DNA of 64,000 nucleotides from Octopus vulgaris (Eukaryota): NCBI GenBank assembly GCA_951406725.2, contig OX597817.1, positions 81,964,001 to 82,028,000 of the forward strand, read 5' to 3'. Shown piece by piece: positions 16,878 to 64,000 of this stretch (position 1 is its first letter; each line of letters starts with the position of its first letter). The notes under the pieces were generated by a model. It saw only the letters and a program-made list of their open reading frames with translations, ran no database searches and was not told where the DNA came from. The position numbers and the translations under genes were made by a program.

Positions 16878-18276
16878 AAGAGTAAATTGTAGGGGCATAG
16901 AATTGCCAAACGGAGAGGGCGTGGAAGATCCAGATGATGATGGGTACAAGTACCTCGGGATCCCGGAGCTGGACAATATCTTACACAAAGAAATGAAAGA
17001 CAAGGCAATCACTGCATATTTCAAGTGCCTCAAAATAGTTAAAATCAAAGCTCAACTCAAGGAAACTTGAGACTGCCATCAACATATGGGTTATTGCTGT
17101 AGTCCGCTAGAGTGCACCCATCCTGAAATGGACACAAGCGGAGATTGACCAACTCGATCGCACTACCTGAAATACAACGACAATGCATGATGCGCTCCAT
17201 CCTAAGGCTCTACATTAAGAGAGGTAAAGGTGGACGTGTGCTGATTAGCATGCAGGAGTGCATCAACAGTGAAAGAAGAAATATGGCAGAATATTTGGTT
17301 AACAGCAAACAAGGCCTGCTACAGTATGCTGCTAGTGCAGAAGGCGTTAACAAAAATGGACTTGAGAGTGCTCCTGAATTCCGATCAAGAACAGTCAACG
17401 AGAGAGAAGAAACCCTACTCCGTCCGTATAGAATTACATGGTCAGTTCCACCGTGAAACCAAAAAATTAAAAGATCAGGAAGCATCATGGAGGTGGGTCA
17501 ATAAGGGTAACCTAAAAAGGAAGACCGAAAGCCTAATCATCGCTGCCCAGGACCAGGCACTGAATACCAATTCAGTGAAAAAGTGCATCGGACCTCTGCA
17601 GAATGTGTGGGAAAAGGGTCGAAAGCGTGACTCACATTGTTAGTGATTTTGAAAATCTTGCGCAGAAAGAGTACAAGCGTAGACACGACAAGGTAGCGCA
17701 AAACTTCCATTGGCAACTATGCCGTAAGTATGGATTTGAGGTTGTGGGTCCTGGGTACCAGCATACACCAGAAAAGATAATGGACGAAAAGGGGAAGACA
17801 AAAATCCTCTGGGACTTCGATTTCCACACAGAAAAGGTGTTAGAGCACCCAAGGCCGGATATAGTAACCTTTAAGAGGGACTATCAAGAGTACCTAATAA
17901 TCGACGTGGCAGTGCCAGGAGATCAACGTATCATCATGAAAGAAAGAGAAAAGGTTGATACACATGGCGACCTGAGAATTGGGATCGCTAAGATGTGGCA
18001 GGTACGAGAGTCAAACATAAAGGTTATCTCTATTGTCATCGGAGCATTGGGTTCAATACGACCCAATCTGAAAAAAAAAAACATCCGAAAATTTTAGAAA
18101 TACCCTACAATCATCTAGATGTATTGCAAAAGTCGGCATTACTTGGAATTGCACACATATTGCGTAAAGTACTGTCTGTCTGAGGTCCTTGTTGTGACTT
18201 GACAAACAGTACAAACCCCCGTAGACACAATACCTTCAGACAACAACCTCATAATATTGTATACTGTGACACGTCT
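16878..18276 (+). mobile_element. 5'-truncated, frameshifted R4/Dong-clade LINE (second family)
   Basis: YKYLG, GGRVL, IAAQDQAL, HIVS..RRHDKVA, ILWDF, RPDIV..IIDVAVP, IVIGALG; flanked by (TAA)n. Confidence 0.9.
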
Positions 18277-18279
18277 ATG

Positions 18280-18346
<67 letters not shown>

Positions 18347-18355
18347 TGATGATGG

Positions 18356-18399
<44 letters not shown>

Positions 18400-18404
18400 C
18401 TGTT

Positions 18405-18937
18405 AAATGCCCTAATGCAGTGCCAGGCACTGGCTCTCATTGATTTTGACCATAACTCATTGGAAGTGTTATCATATACATTGTTTTGTCTTGGTATAAA
18501 AAGGTGGCCCACAGCAAATATTCTGCTCCATACCACAGATTTGCTTGTCATTTGTTTGACTTTAAGCAGTTGAGTACGTCCCTTAGTGGCTGATGATATG
18601 GTGCATCTCTGATCATAAGCAGAAGTCGTGGGGGAGCATCACAACCATGTATTGAGAGGGATTCTTTGGGATTTAGATAATTCACCTTTCGAAACATGGG
18701 TGTTTCGATCAACATCCTTAAACAACCCTTATTCAGGGACTTTTTGAGCGGGATTGGCTTCTCAACTTGAAAAAAATTCTAACTGGATCCCATCTGCAAG
18801 GTCACCATGGCGCGCACATATGGTTGTGATGCATATGTCTGGTGTGCCCTTATCTGACGGGTAGTCATGATGGGTATACTGGGCTTCGTATATATTAACC
18901 CAGTGTCACTTTGATGGCATGCACTGTTCTCTCACTC
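18405..18937 (+). mobile_element. ~555-bp (TAA)n-associated element, copy 2
   Basis: Same 5' start and 3' ctctcactc-(AAT)n end. Confidence 0.85.
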
Positions 18938-18995
<58 letters not shown>

Positions 18996-19038
18996 TAATA
19001 ATAATAAAAAATATAAATCATCTCGTTTACATGGATGG

Positions 19039-19065
<27 letters not shown>

Positions 19066-19069
<4 letters not shown>

Positions 19070-19622
19070 GCCCTGATGTAGTACCAGGCAGTGGTTCTCA
19101 TGGCTTCTGATCTTAACTGATTGGAAGTGTTATCATGTACATTGTTTTGTCTTGGTATAAAAGATGGGCTACAGCAGATATTCTGCTCAATATCACAGAT
19201 TTGCTTGTCAGTTGTTTGACCGTAACCAGTTGAGCATGTCCCTTAGTGGCTGATGATATGTGCATCTCTGATCACGAGCAGAGGTAGTGGGGGAGTATCA
19301 TAGCCATGTGTTGAGAGGGATTCTTTGGGGTTTGAATAATTCACCTCTGGAAACATGGGTGTTCCGTTCAACATCCTTAAACAACCCTTACTCAGGACCT
19401 TTTGAGCAGGATGGGATACTCGACCAGAAAAAAATTCTAACTGGGCCCCACCTACGAGGTCATGTGCTGTTTATCTTGATATGAGATCCTCATGTCGCGC
19501 ACATACGGTTGTGATGCATGTGCCTGGTGTACCCTTATCAGACGGGTAGTCATGATGGGTATACTGGGCTTCGTATATTTTACCCCAGTGTCACTTTAAT
19601 GGCATGCACTGCTCTCTCACTC
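19066..19622 (+). mobile_element. ~555-bp (TAA)n-associated element, copy 3 (most complete)
   Basis: Same termini, TAA tracts on both sides. Confidence 0.88.
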
Positions 19623-19639
19623 AATAATAATAATAATAA

Positions 19640-19841
19640 GCTCAAGGCGTGAAATTTTTGGGGAGGGGGCTAGTCGCTTTACATCGACCCCGGTGCATAA
19701 CTGGTACTTATGTCATCGACCTCCGAAAAGATGAAAGGCAATGTCGACCTCGGCAGAATTTGAGCCCAGAACGTAAAGACAGACGAAACGCTGCTAAGCA
19801 TTTGGCCCGGCGTGCTAACGATTCTGCCAGGTCGTCGCCTT
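19640..19841 (-). mobile_element. SINE family B copy
   Basis: Reverse complement of the 33473 head and core. Confidence 0.8.
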
Positions 19842-19850
19842 AATAATAAT

Positions 19851-20071
19851 AAGGGCTTTGAAAAGCATATTAAGAATACTGGAGCTGCTGTCAGGCTCGA
19901 GGTGATCCAGAAGACTGCATTGTTGTGTACAGCTCGCATTCTAAGGAGAGTATTGTTTCTTTGAGTCACAGGAGAAGGCACCGCTTGGAACCTTTGGTGA
20001 TTTGTTATTGCCTGCTTTCAAATAATGAATAACCGATAATAAAGAACTATCCGAGAGTCTTTCATAATACA

Positions 20072-20073
<2 letters not shown>
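19851..20073 (+). mobile_element. Short R4/Dong-clade 3' fragment (third family)
   Basis: GFEKHIKNTGAAVRLEVIQKTALLCTARILRRVLFL* plus UTR, between TAA tracts. Confidence 0.75.
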
Positions 20074-20144
<71 letters not shown>

Positions 20145-20148
<4 letters not shown>

Positions 20149-21310
20149 GCCCTGATGCGGTACCAGGCAGTGTTAATGCCCTGATGCAGTATCAGGCAGT
20201 GGCTATGCCCTGATGCAGTACCTGGCAGTGGCTCTCATGGCTTCTAGTCTTAACTGAATGGAAGTTCTTCATGCATTGGGTTGTCCGGAAAGTTCGTGCC
20301 GATTTATAGTAGCTTATCTTTCGACTTATTTTAGAACATGGTTGAGTGCATGAAATAGGATTTGACTACACCTCCATTTAGAGCATAGTTTAAGCTATAT
20401 TTTCGTGGAAGAAGATTTATGTTCCTATATGTGCTAATTCTGTAATCCTTTAAATGGAAGATAAGTTCATTTACGGCACTTGATGCTTTGGGAACCAGAC
20501 AAAAATTGCTGCAGCTCGGCTGGTATGTGTTACCCCACCCTCCATATTCACCAGATATTGCTTCTTCGGATTTCCTCTTATTCAGGTCTCTGCATTATAG
20601 TGCTAATCGTAAAAAATTCAATTCCATGGATGATGTAAAAAGATACCTTGATGAATTCTTTGCTATGAAACCATCCCAATTATGGGAAAAGGGCATTTTC
20701 AAGTTAAAGGAAAGATGGAGACGCATTGTGCAACAAAATGGTTCATATTTGGTTGATTAAAAATGTAATGGCAAGTATTTATTGACCTTTTTCTTTCCTT
20801 TAAAAATCGGCACGAACTTTCCCAGTACATTGTTTTGTCTTGGTATTAAAGATGGACTATAGCAAATATTTTGCTCAATACCACAGATTTGCTTGTCAGT
20901 TGTTTGACCTTAACCAGTTAAGCATGTCCCGTAGTGGCTGACGATATGTGCATCTCTGATCACAAGCAGAAGTCGTGGCGGAGCATCATAGCCATGTGTT
21001 GAGCGGGATTCTTTGGGTTTTGAATAATTCATCTGTGGAAATATGGATGTTTCGTCCAACATCCTTAAACAACCCTTATTCACAACCTTTTCAACGGGAT
21101 GGGTTACTCGACCAAAAGAAAATTCTAACTGGGTCCCACCTGGAAGGACATGTGCTGTTTATCTTGATATGAGATCACCATGTCGCGCACATATGGTTGT
21201 GATGCATGTGCCTGGTGTACCCTTAACAGACGGGTAGTCATGATGGATATACTGGACTTTGTATATTTTACCCCAGTGTCACTTTGAGAGTATGCACTGC
21301 TCTCTCACTC
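20145..21310 (+). mobile_element. ~555-bp (TAA)n-associated element, copy 4, with triplicated 5' end and interrupted by a mariner
   Basis: Element sequence stops at catg(c)a near 20275 and resumes at tacattgttttgtc at 20826. Confidence 0.85.
20276..20825 (+). mobile_element. Internally deleted mariner (DD34D) transposon
   Basis: Inverted ends ggaaagttcgtgccgattt / aaatcggcacgaactttcc; ORF remnant LPHPPYSPDIASSDFLLFRSL..GIFKLKERWRRIVQQNGSY; inserted at the TA of the host catgTAcattg. Confidence 0.88.
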
Positions 21311-21384
<74 letters not shown>

Positions 21385-22205
21385 TGTTGATGATGATGAT
21401 GAAGATGATGATGACGATGATGATAAAAAAACCTCTTATATTCATGAGACATTTTTGCATCAAATTAAATTTTATTATTATTAAGGTTTTAAATCATCAA
21501 TTAGGTTTTTATTTGGGTTGCTTCTGGTGTTTTGGTTCTTTGTTTCCTTTGGTCTTTTACGGTATTGGTCGGTCTGGAGAAAACAAAAGCAACAACATGA
21601 TTTTAGGAAACTGAATAACATTTACAATTTAAAATATGATAACATATTATCAGAGGGTGTCAGACCATTAAATAAAGATTCTTTTTCGATAGGAAGACTA
21701 CTGGATTTGATGAGTGTTGTGTACAGTGGAGATTTGCATGGTTAATTGGCAAATTGATTTGCAAAATCTGGAAAGTTGCGGCAAAATACAGTTGATTTGA
21801 ATTCATGAACATGATTTCAATTTTTTTGATCCTTAACGAGTTGGGCCTTTCAGGTTCCTGCCCTGTGGTTGAGATCAAAGTGTAGAGTATAGTAGTGCTA
21901 TTGTGTGTGTGTGAGTGTGTGTGTGTCTATGTATATACACAAACATAGACATATGCATATATATACATATATATATATACATATATTTACGTATATATAA
22001 ATTTACAGCTGTTTCATTATTCATGTTCATTCACATCATCGACGCCAATTATAAATTGTATACGAATTGTATACACTTTACAGAGGCCTTACAAACATAT
22101 ATTCACCCATATTTGTCTGGTAACATAATGAAGTATCGGATAGTACTTGCTGCGAATTCTGTTTGATTCCTTGAATATTATTTTAGTTGTGCTTGTAGTC
22201 ACTCA

Positions 22206-22242
<37 letters not shown>

Positions 22243-22386
22243 GAGAAAAATTTTTATCTGCGATGTACAGGGTTCGAATCTCTGTAGTCGCCTGCTAGCA
22301 ACTTTTTCCCGTCTTCTAGGTTTTTTTAATCCAATTTTCTACTTTGTCTTTACAGTTATCACGCATTCGAGATTTACTTTCTTTTC

Positions 22387-22440
<54 letters not shown>

Positions 22441-22452
22441 TTGAACTACCTG

Positions 22453-22466
22453 TTATTGGTACACCC
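22453..22466 (-). CDS. Candidate terminal coding exon, (G)VYQ-stop
   Basis: Acceptor ttattcttgctgcag is phase-1 compatible and gives GGG GTG TAC CAA TAA. An alternative acceptor at 21862 is also phase compatible. Confidence 0.4.
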
Positions 22467-22831
22467 CTGCAGCAAGAATAAATCTCATTTCGTATAGAAG
22501 AATACAGAACTTATATGCAATTTCCTCTAATGCACCCTCTTGGATGTCTCTATATTCTAAACGTTGTAGAAACTCACTGACAAAATATATTTCAGATATT
22601 GAATCGTAATTTTGATTATAAGAATGGACAGTTCCACAGGTCAATGAAATAGTGGAGGGAGATAAACCAATTACTGCTGTGACTCACTTATTGCTGTATT
22701 CACTTAACATTCAATAACCCCAGTCTACTAAGCTGAAAATACTTACTCAGTTGTAAAGAGGCAATATGAAATTGATTCATAGGATTTTCGTTAGTTTTTG
22801 TAACGGTCTTGAAATACTTATTTTGGTGTGG

Positions 22832-23070
22832 AAGTGCGTGGTTTGGTGTTCAGAGTTTTGAACTCATGATTGTAAGATTGCAGTTTCGATTTCTGGATCA
22901 GGCGACGCGTTGTGTCCTTGAGCAAAACACTTCACGTTGCTCCAGACCACTCAACTGGCAAAAATAAGTAATCCTGCGAAGGACCAGCGTCCAGTTCAGG
23001 TGGGAAATTTGTACGCTATGGAAACTGGGAAAACGGCCCTTATGAGTGGCATGTAACGAGACAGTAACAT
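22832..23070 (+). mobile_element. Old tRNA-head CORE-like SINE
   Basis: Degenerate A/B boxes then gttgtgtccttgagcaaaacactt; related to 37262-37559. Confidence 0.6.
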
Positions 23071-23454
23071 TACTATTACTTTTTTATTTATTTATTTGGG
23101 TGTAAAATTGAGGAAGGGAAGTTATTCAAGCTGCTTACACTCTATTACGCAACACAATTTGAAATTGCTGAAAATGTTCAAGCGGTGAGCAAAAATCAAC
23201 TTATACATTCTAATTTTTAAAAATTTGCCACGCAAGCGCAGCTCCTTGTCGGCAGTAAATAAAAATTATCCCCCCAAAATTATCAATAATTAATAATATC
23301 AAGGGTAATTAGAAATATTAGAAATTTCTACTACCAGTGGCCTAGCGTGTAAAAATTTAGTCAATAGACTATATATTATTCATATAAATGCAGTGTACAT
23401 TTAAACGCATAAGAGGCATCCATCATAGGACTCCTTGCACGCTAGATAGAACAG

Positions 23455-23489
<35 letters not shown>

Positions 23490-23500
<11 letters not shown>

Positions 23501-23880
23501 CTGAAGTTGTCTGTGTAGGGCAGGTTTGGTAGCCTTCAACTAACACTATCTCCTCCGAGACCCTGCGGTGCAAGTTGACCAAAATTGAAAATATGATACA
23601 AGAAGGCTTGCTCTTCATTCTGTAGAAGAAAAATTCAAATCGGACCATGTTAAGACCAAACATTATTTACATCAAAAAGGTGCTTTTTTCTATGAAAATC
23701 GCTATTTTTTAACGATTTTTTTTACTGCTGTGTGGCTACTTTTCGGTGTATCTCTACCAGAAAAATGTTCACTTAAAGAAATAACAAGCAACATAATGCA
23801 AAAGTTTTACTTTTCAAAAATTCCAATTCTAAAGGGTTGAAATAAAAACAAACCCGAGTAACGCTGGGCTATACTGCTAG
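23490..23880 (+). mobile_element. Non-autonomous Helitron
   Basis: 3' GC hairpin cccgagtaacgctggg followed 8 nt later by CTAG|T; the 5' end merges into (TA)n-aaagctgaagttgtctgtg. Confidence 0.7.
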
Positions 23881-24367
23881 TATATATATAAAATTGTGTA
23901 CATTGTTCACAATATGAGCATGTATCATTCGTTAAAAGAATGTTTAGAATCCCCTTCCACCACTATCGAATTGAATGTTATCATCCATACATATAAGAAG
24001 ATGCGCAGGCTCATCAAATGTTCATAATCCGTTTATCAGAAACAATATCACGTGTCTATCATGTGATTGTAAAACTGTACCATCACTGCAATCATCACGG
24101 CCAGCTTCTTATCATCATCACCCTAAATATCACCTACAACAACAGCAACAGCAACAGCAAAAGGCCGAACGAACAAAGGGGCACCTCTACAATTTACTCG
24201 AAACAGTAGTCTAATCGTTTTCCACTCTTATATCCAACCGCTTTAGCGAATAGAAGGACGCGTTGAGTAATGGAGTCTACAATACGACGAGATGGATATA
24301 GTTGAGACGTTGTTGATCAAGGATGACAGGGGACTAAAGAATAACAAGAAAATCTAAAACTACTTAC

Positions 24368-60505
<36,138 letters not shown>

Positions 60506-61799
60506 CTGTATACAGAAGAGAAAATACTGCGTAAGGCATCATAACATAACGTCACATTTTCATTTCATAGTCATGAATTCAAAATGTTTGAGGTCGAAAG
60601 TATTTAGGATTTTGGAGATTTTTCTAGATTTAAGAATGAGTGTATATTTGTATGTACGTAAGGTTCCGGAACAAATAGCGAAATACATTTTTTCTGATGC
60701 TCGAACGGCTCTGCCTCCTGACTGCCACTGTTTCTAAATTAAACGCACGAACTGAAATTTTGGGCATGTGTTTTAGTTAATTAAATCTACCCAAGCAAGG
60801 GTAATGATGATTTTAAAACAGGGGATGAGAGAGGTTAATGTTTGATGAGACAAGCGCCTCTTCAATAGACATTAAGAGCCATCAACTATCGAAGAGGTTG
60901 CAAGAAGCAATGAAAATTATAGTAAAAATAAATAAGTAAATGAGTGGAAATCTAACAGGTGACTGTGTTAATTAATAAGGCATTAAAGCAGAATGACTCA
61001 ACCCAGACAATAAAATATGCTTTAACACATGAATTCACATAAAGAATCTTTTAGACCAAATACAAAAGCGAAATCACACACTAGGTTTCTCATGAGGGCT
61101 CAAGACACATCGTGGCATAAGCACGCGGTTTATGGACTCATTCTATCGGTTTTTACTGTTGTTGTTCAGCGCTCGGTTAGCTTTGCTAGATATGGCTAAC
61201 GATGAAGATCACTCAGTTACATTGATGCTTTGAGCAGAGACACAACATGAAACATATCTACCAAAGCTGATGGTAAATGTTTTTTTATATTTTAACGGTA
61301 CCAGGGGGACGAAAGCAAAGTTGTCCCCGATTTGAATTTGAGCACAAACAGTAAAGAGCCGTAACGAAACAACGCAAGACATTTTTTCCGGTGCGCTAAC
61401 GATTCTGCTAATCTACCGTCACGTCTAAGAACCTGGTTGGGATTTTAAACCAGATACTGCCTTAAAAATATCTTTTTATAATCAGTATAAATGATCGAGT
61501 TAAATATTTTATAATATTTAGCCACGTGGCTCTGAAATCTGCATTAAAATTCTGTTGTGTGGGTCATCAAACTTTGTCATTTATCCTTCTAGAGCCGGTA
61601 AGCAGCCATATAAATACCTGAAATAGATTTAGTAACTTCCACTTCTTCTTGAGCAAAATTTTAATTTGCACCAAGTCAAAAGAAATCTAAATTACTTTTT
61701 GAGCATGAAGCACAACAATTCTCTAACGCAATTTACATATTTTCATTTCTAGTTGAAGCTATTTTAACTTAGTAAATAAAGCAAAGAAACAAAACATGG

Positions 61800-62455
61800 A
61801 CGCCTTTTTTAACATTCTGCTTTTGTTTCAAGCTGCCAAATTTGGGATACGTCTCACAACATTGTACCAGGCATCTCTGTCCTCCATTAGCTATAGTAGA
61901 CACGCAATTTCTTGCTGTGTATCTCTGTTACAGTGCGGAAGCCTAAAAATATAACATCCGATATGTCCTGCTGTTCAGCATGATAGTAGTGGCCAATAAA
62001 GCCTACCCTGCATTGAGCAATAATAATAAGTTATATGTGTCTACAAATCTCTTTGGACTGGCGCTTATGCCATGAGATGTTTTGAACCCTGATAGTAAGA
62101 AGGTGTATATACCACCAAGGCAGTTTCTTCTGCATAGTTCAGTTTTCTGCTCCATAAACAAGAATGTTCTTACAGATTCACTGAAGAAAACAAGCCTTGT
62201 TGATTTTGAAATTCTCGATTGTCAGACGCTTTAAAACTTGTTACAGGCAGCCCTAGCATATCTGTTGTGTGAAAGGAAGTCTTTCATACTGACAACGTTA
62301 TAGGATTCAGAGTGTTTGAACTCATTGATGTCCTTCAATTGTCTGTCAATGATGAAGCGATTTGGCTGGCAGCTTTCATCTTCAATGATAGTCATACATT
62401 CAGTCTTCTTTGTATTGAGAAACAGACCAAATTCGGCTGCAGAACCCTGCCAAAC
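61800..62455 (-). mobile_element. Decayed RTE-clade LINE 3' fragment
   Basis: AAEFGLFLNTKKTECM..LKDINEFKH; AACNKF; VRTFLFMEQK / YGAEN; RVQNISWH remnants. Confidence 0.7.
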
Positions 62456-62924
62456 CTTGAAATATAGTTTGAGTAATTTCCCTATACTTCTGCTACTAGT
62501 ATTCTCGTACGAATGTCACATAATCTAATTGCATCCCATATTAAAGTAAGGTATTCATATTAATTAAGAAACAATTGTTATTAAGAAGCCAAAATACGAA
62601 TTGTGTTTTTTATTGGAAATGTCTTGCGTTCCTGTACAATGCAGTACTGAAATTTAACCTAAAGTTGGAATCTTGACAATGTACAAATCCTTCTTCCTCC
62701 TCGCCACTCCTCCTCCCCTCCTTCTCCTCCTCCTCATCGCATTCATCATCATCATAGCAGCGAGCTGGAAGAAATACTTAGTGGTTTTCCTTGTGGTTCT
62801 ATACGTTCTGATTTCTATTTCCGTAAAGGCAAACTTTGAAATAAGTACCAGTCAAGTCCTGAAGTCAATATAATCGACTAGCCGCTACCCTGCCCCAAAT
62901 TCCAAGCCTTGTGCCAATTATTTT

Positions 62925-64000
<1,076 letters not shown>

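Overview
Eukaryotic, AT-rich, microsatellite-saturated DNA. The SINE families and repeat landscape suggest an octopod cephalopod (Octopus sp.); this is inferred from memory of those families, not from a search. Nearly all ORFs in the supplied track are microsatellite or transposon artefacts. One host gene can be built by hand on the minus strand: seven phase-compatible GT-AG exons between 60505 and 24368, plus a candidate terminal exon near 22.45 kb or 21.86 kb. It encodes the C-terminal ~290 aa of a cysteine-rich protein with at least 2.5 VWC-like repeats and two ShKT domains; the last ShKT has a Lys-Phe pair at the ShK K+-channel dyad position. The rest is transposon debris that sorts by microsatellite type. 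R4/Dong-clade LINEs and a ~555-bp non-coding element with a fixed 5' end are stacked head-to-tail in (TAA)n tracts. A Tx1/L1-like LINE sits inside (TATC)n. Penelope-like fragments and fold-back elements with decayed hammerhead-like motifs sit in (TA)n. Also present are mariner copies (one near-intact, one built from two 5' ends), tRNA-head SINEs, a non-autonomous Helitron and RTE/CR1 relics.
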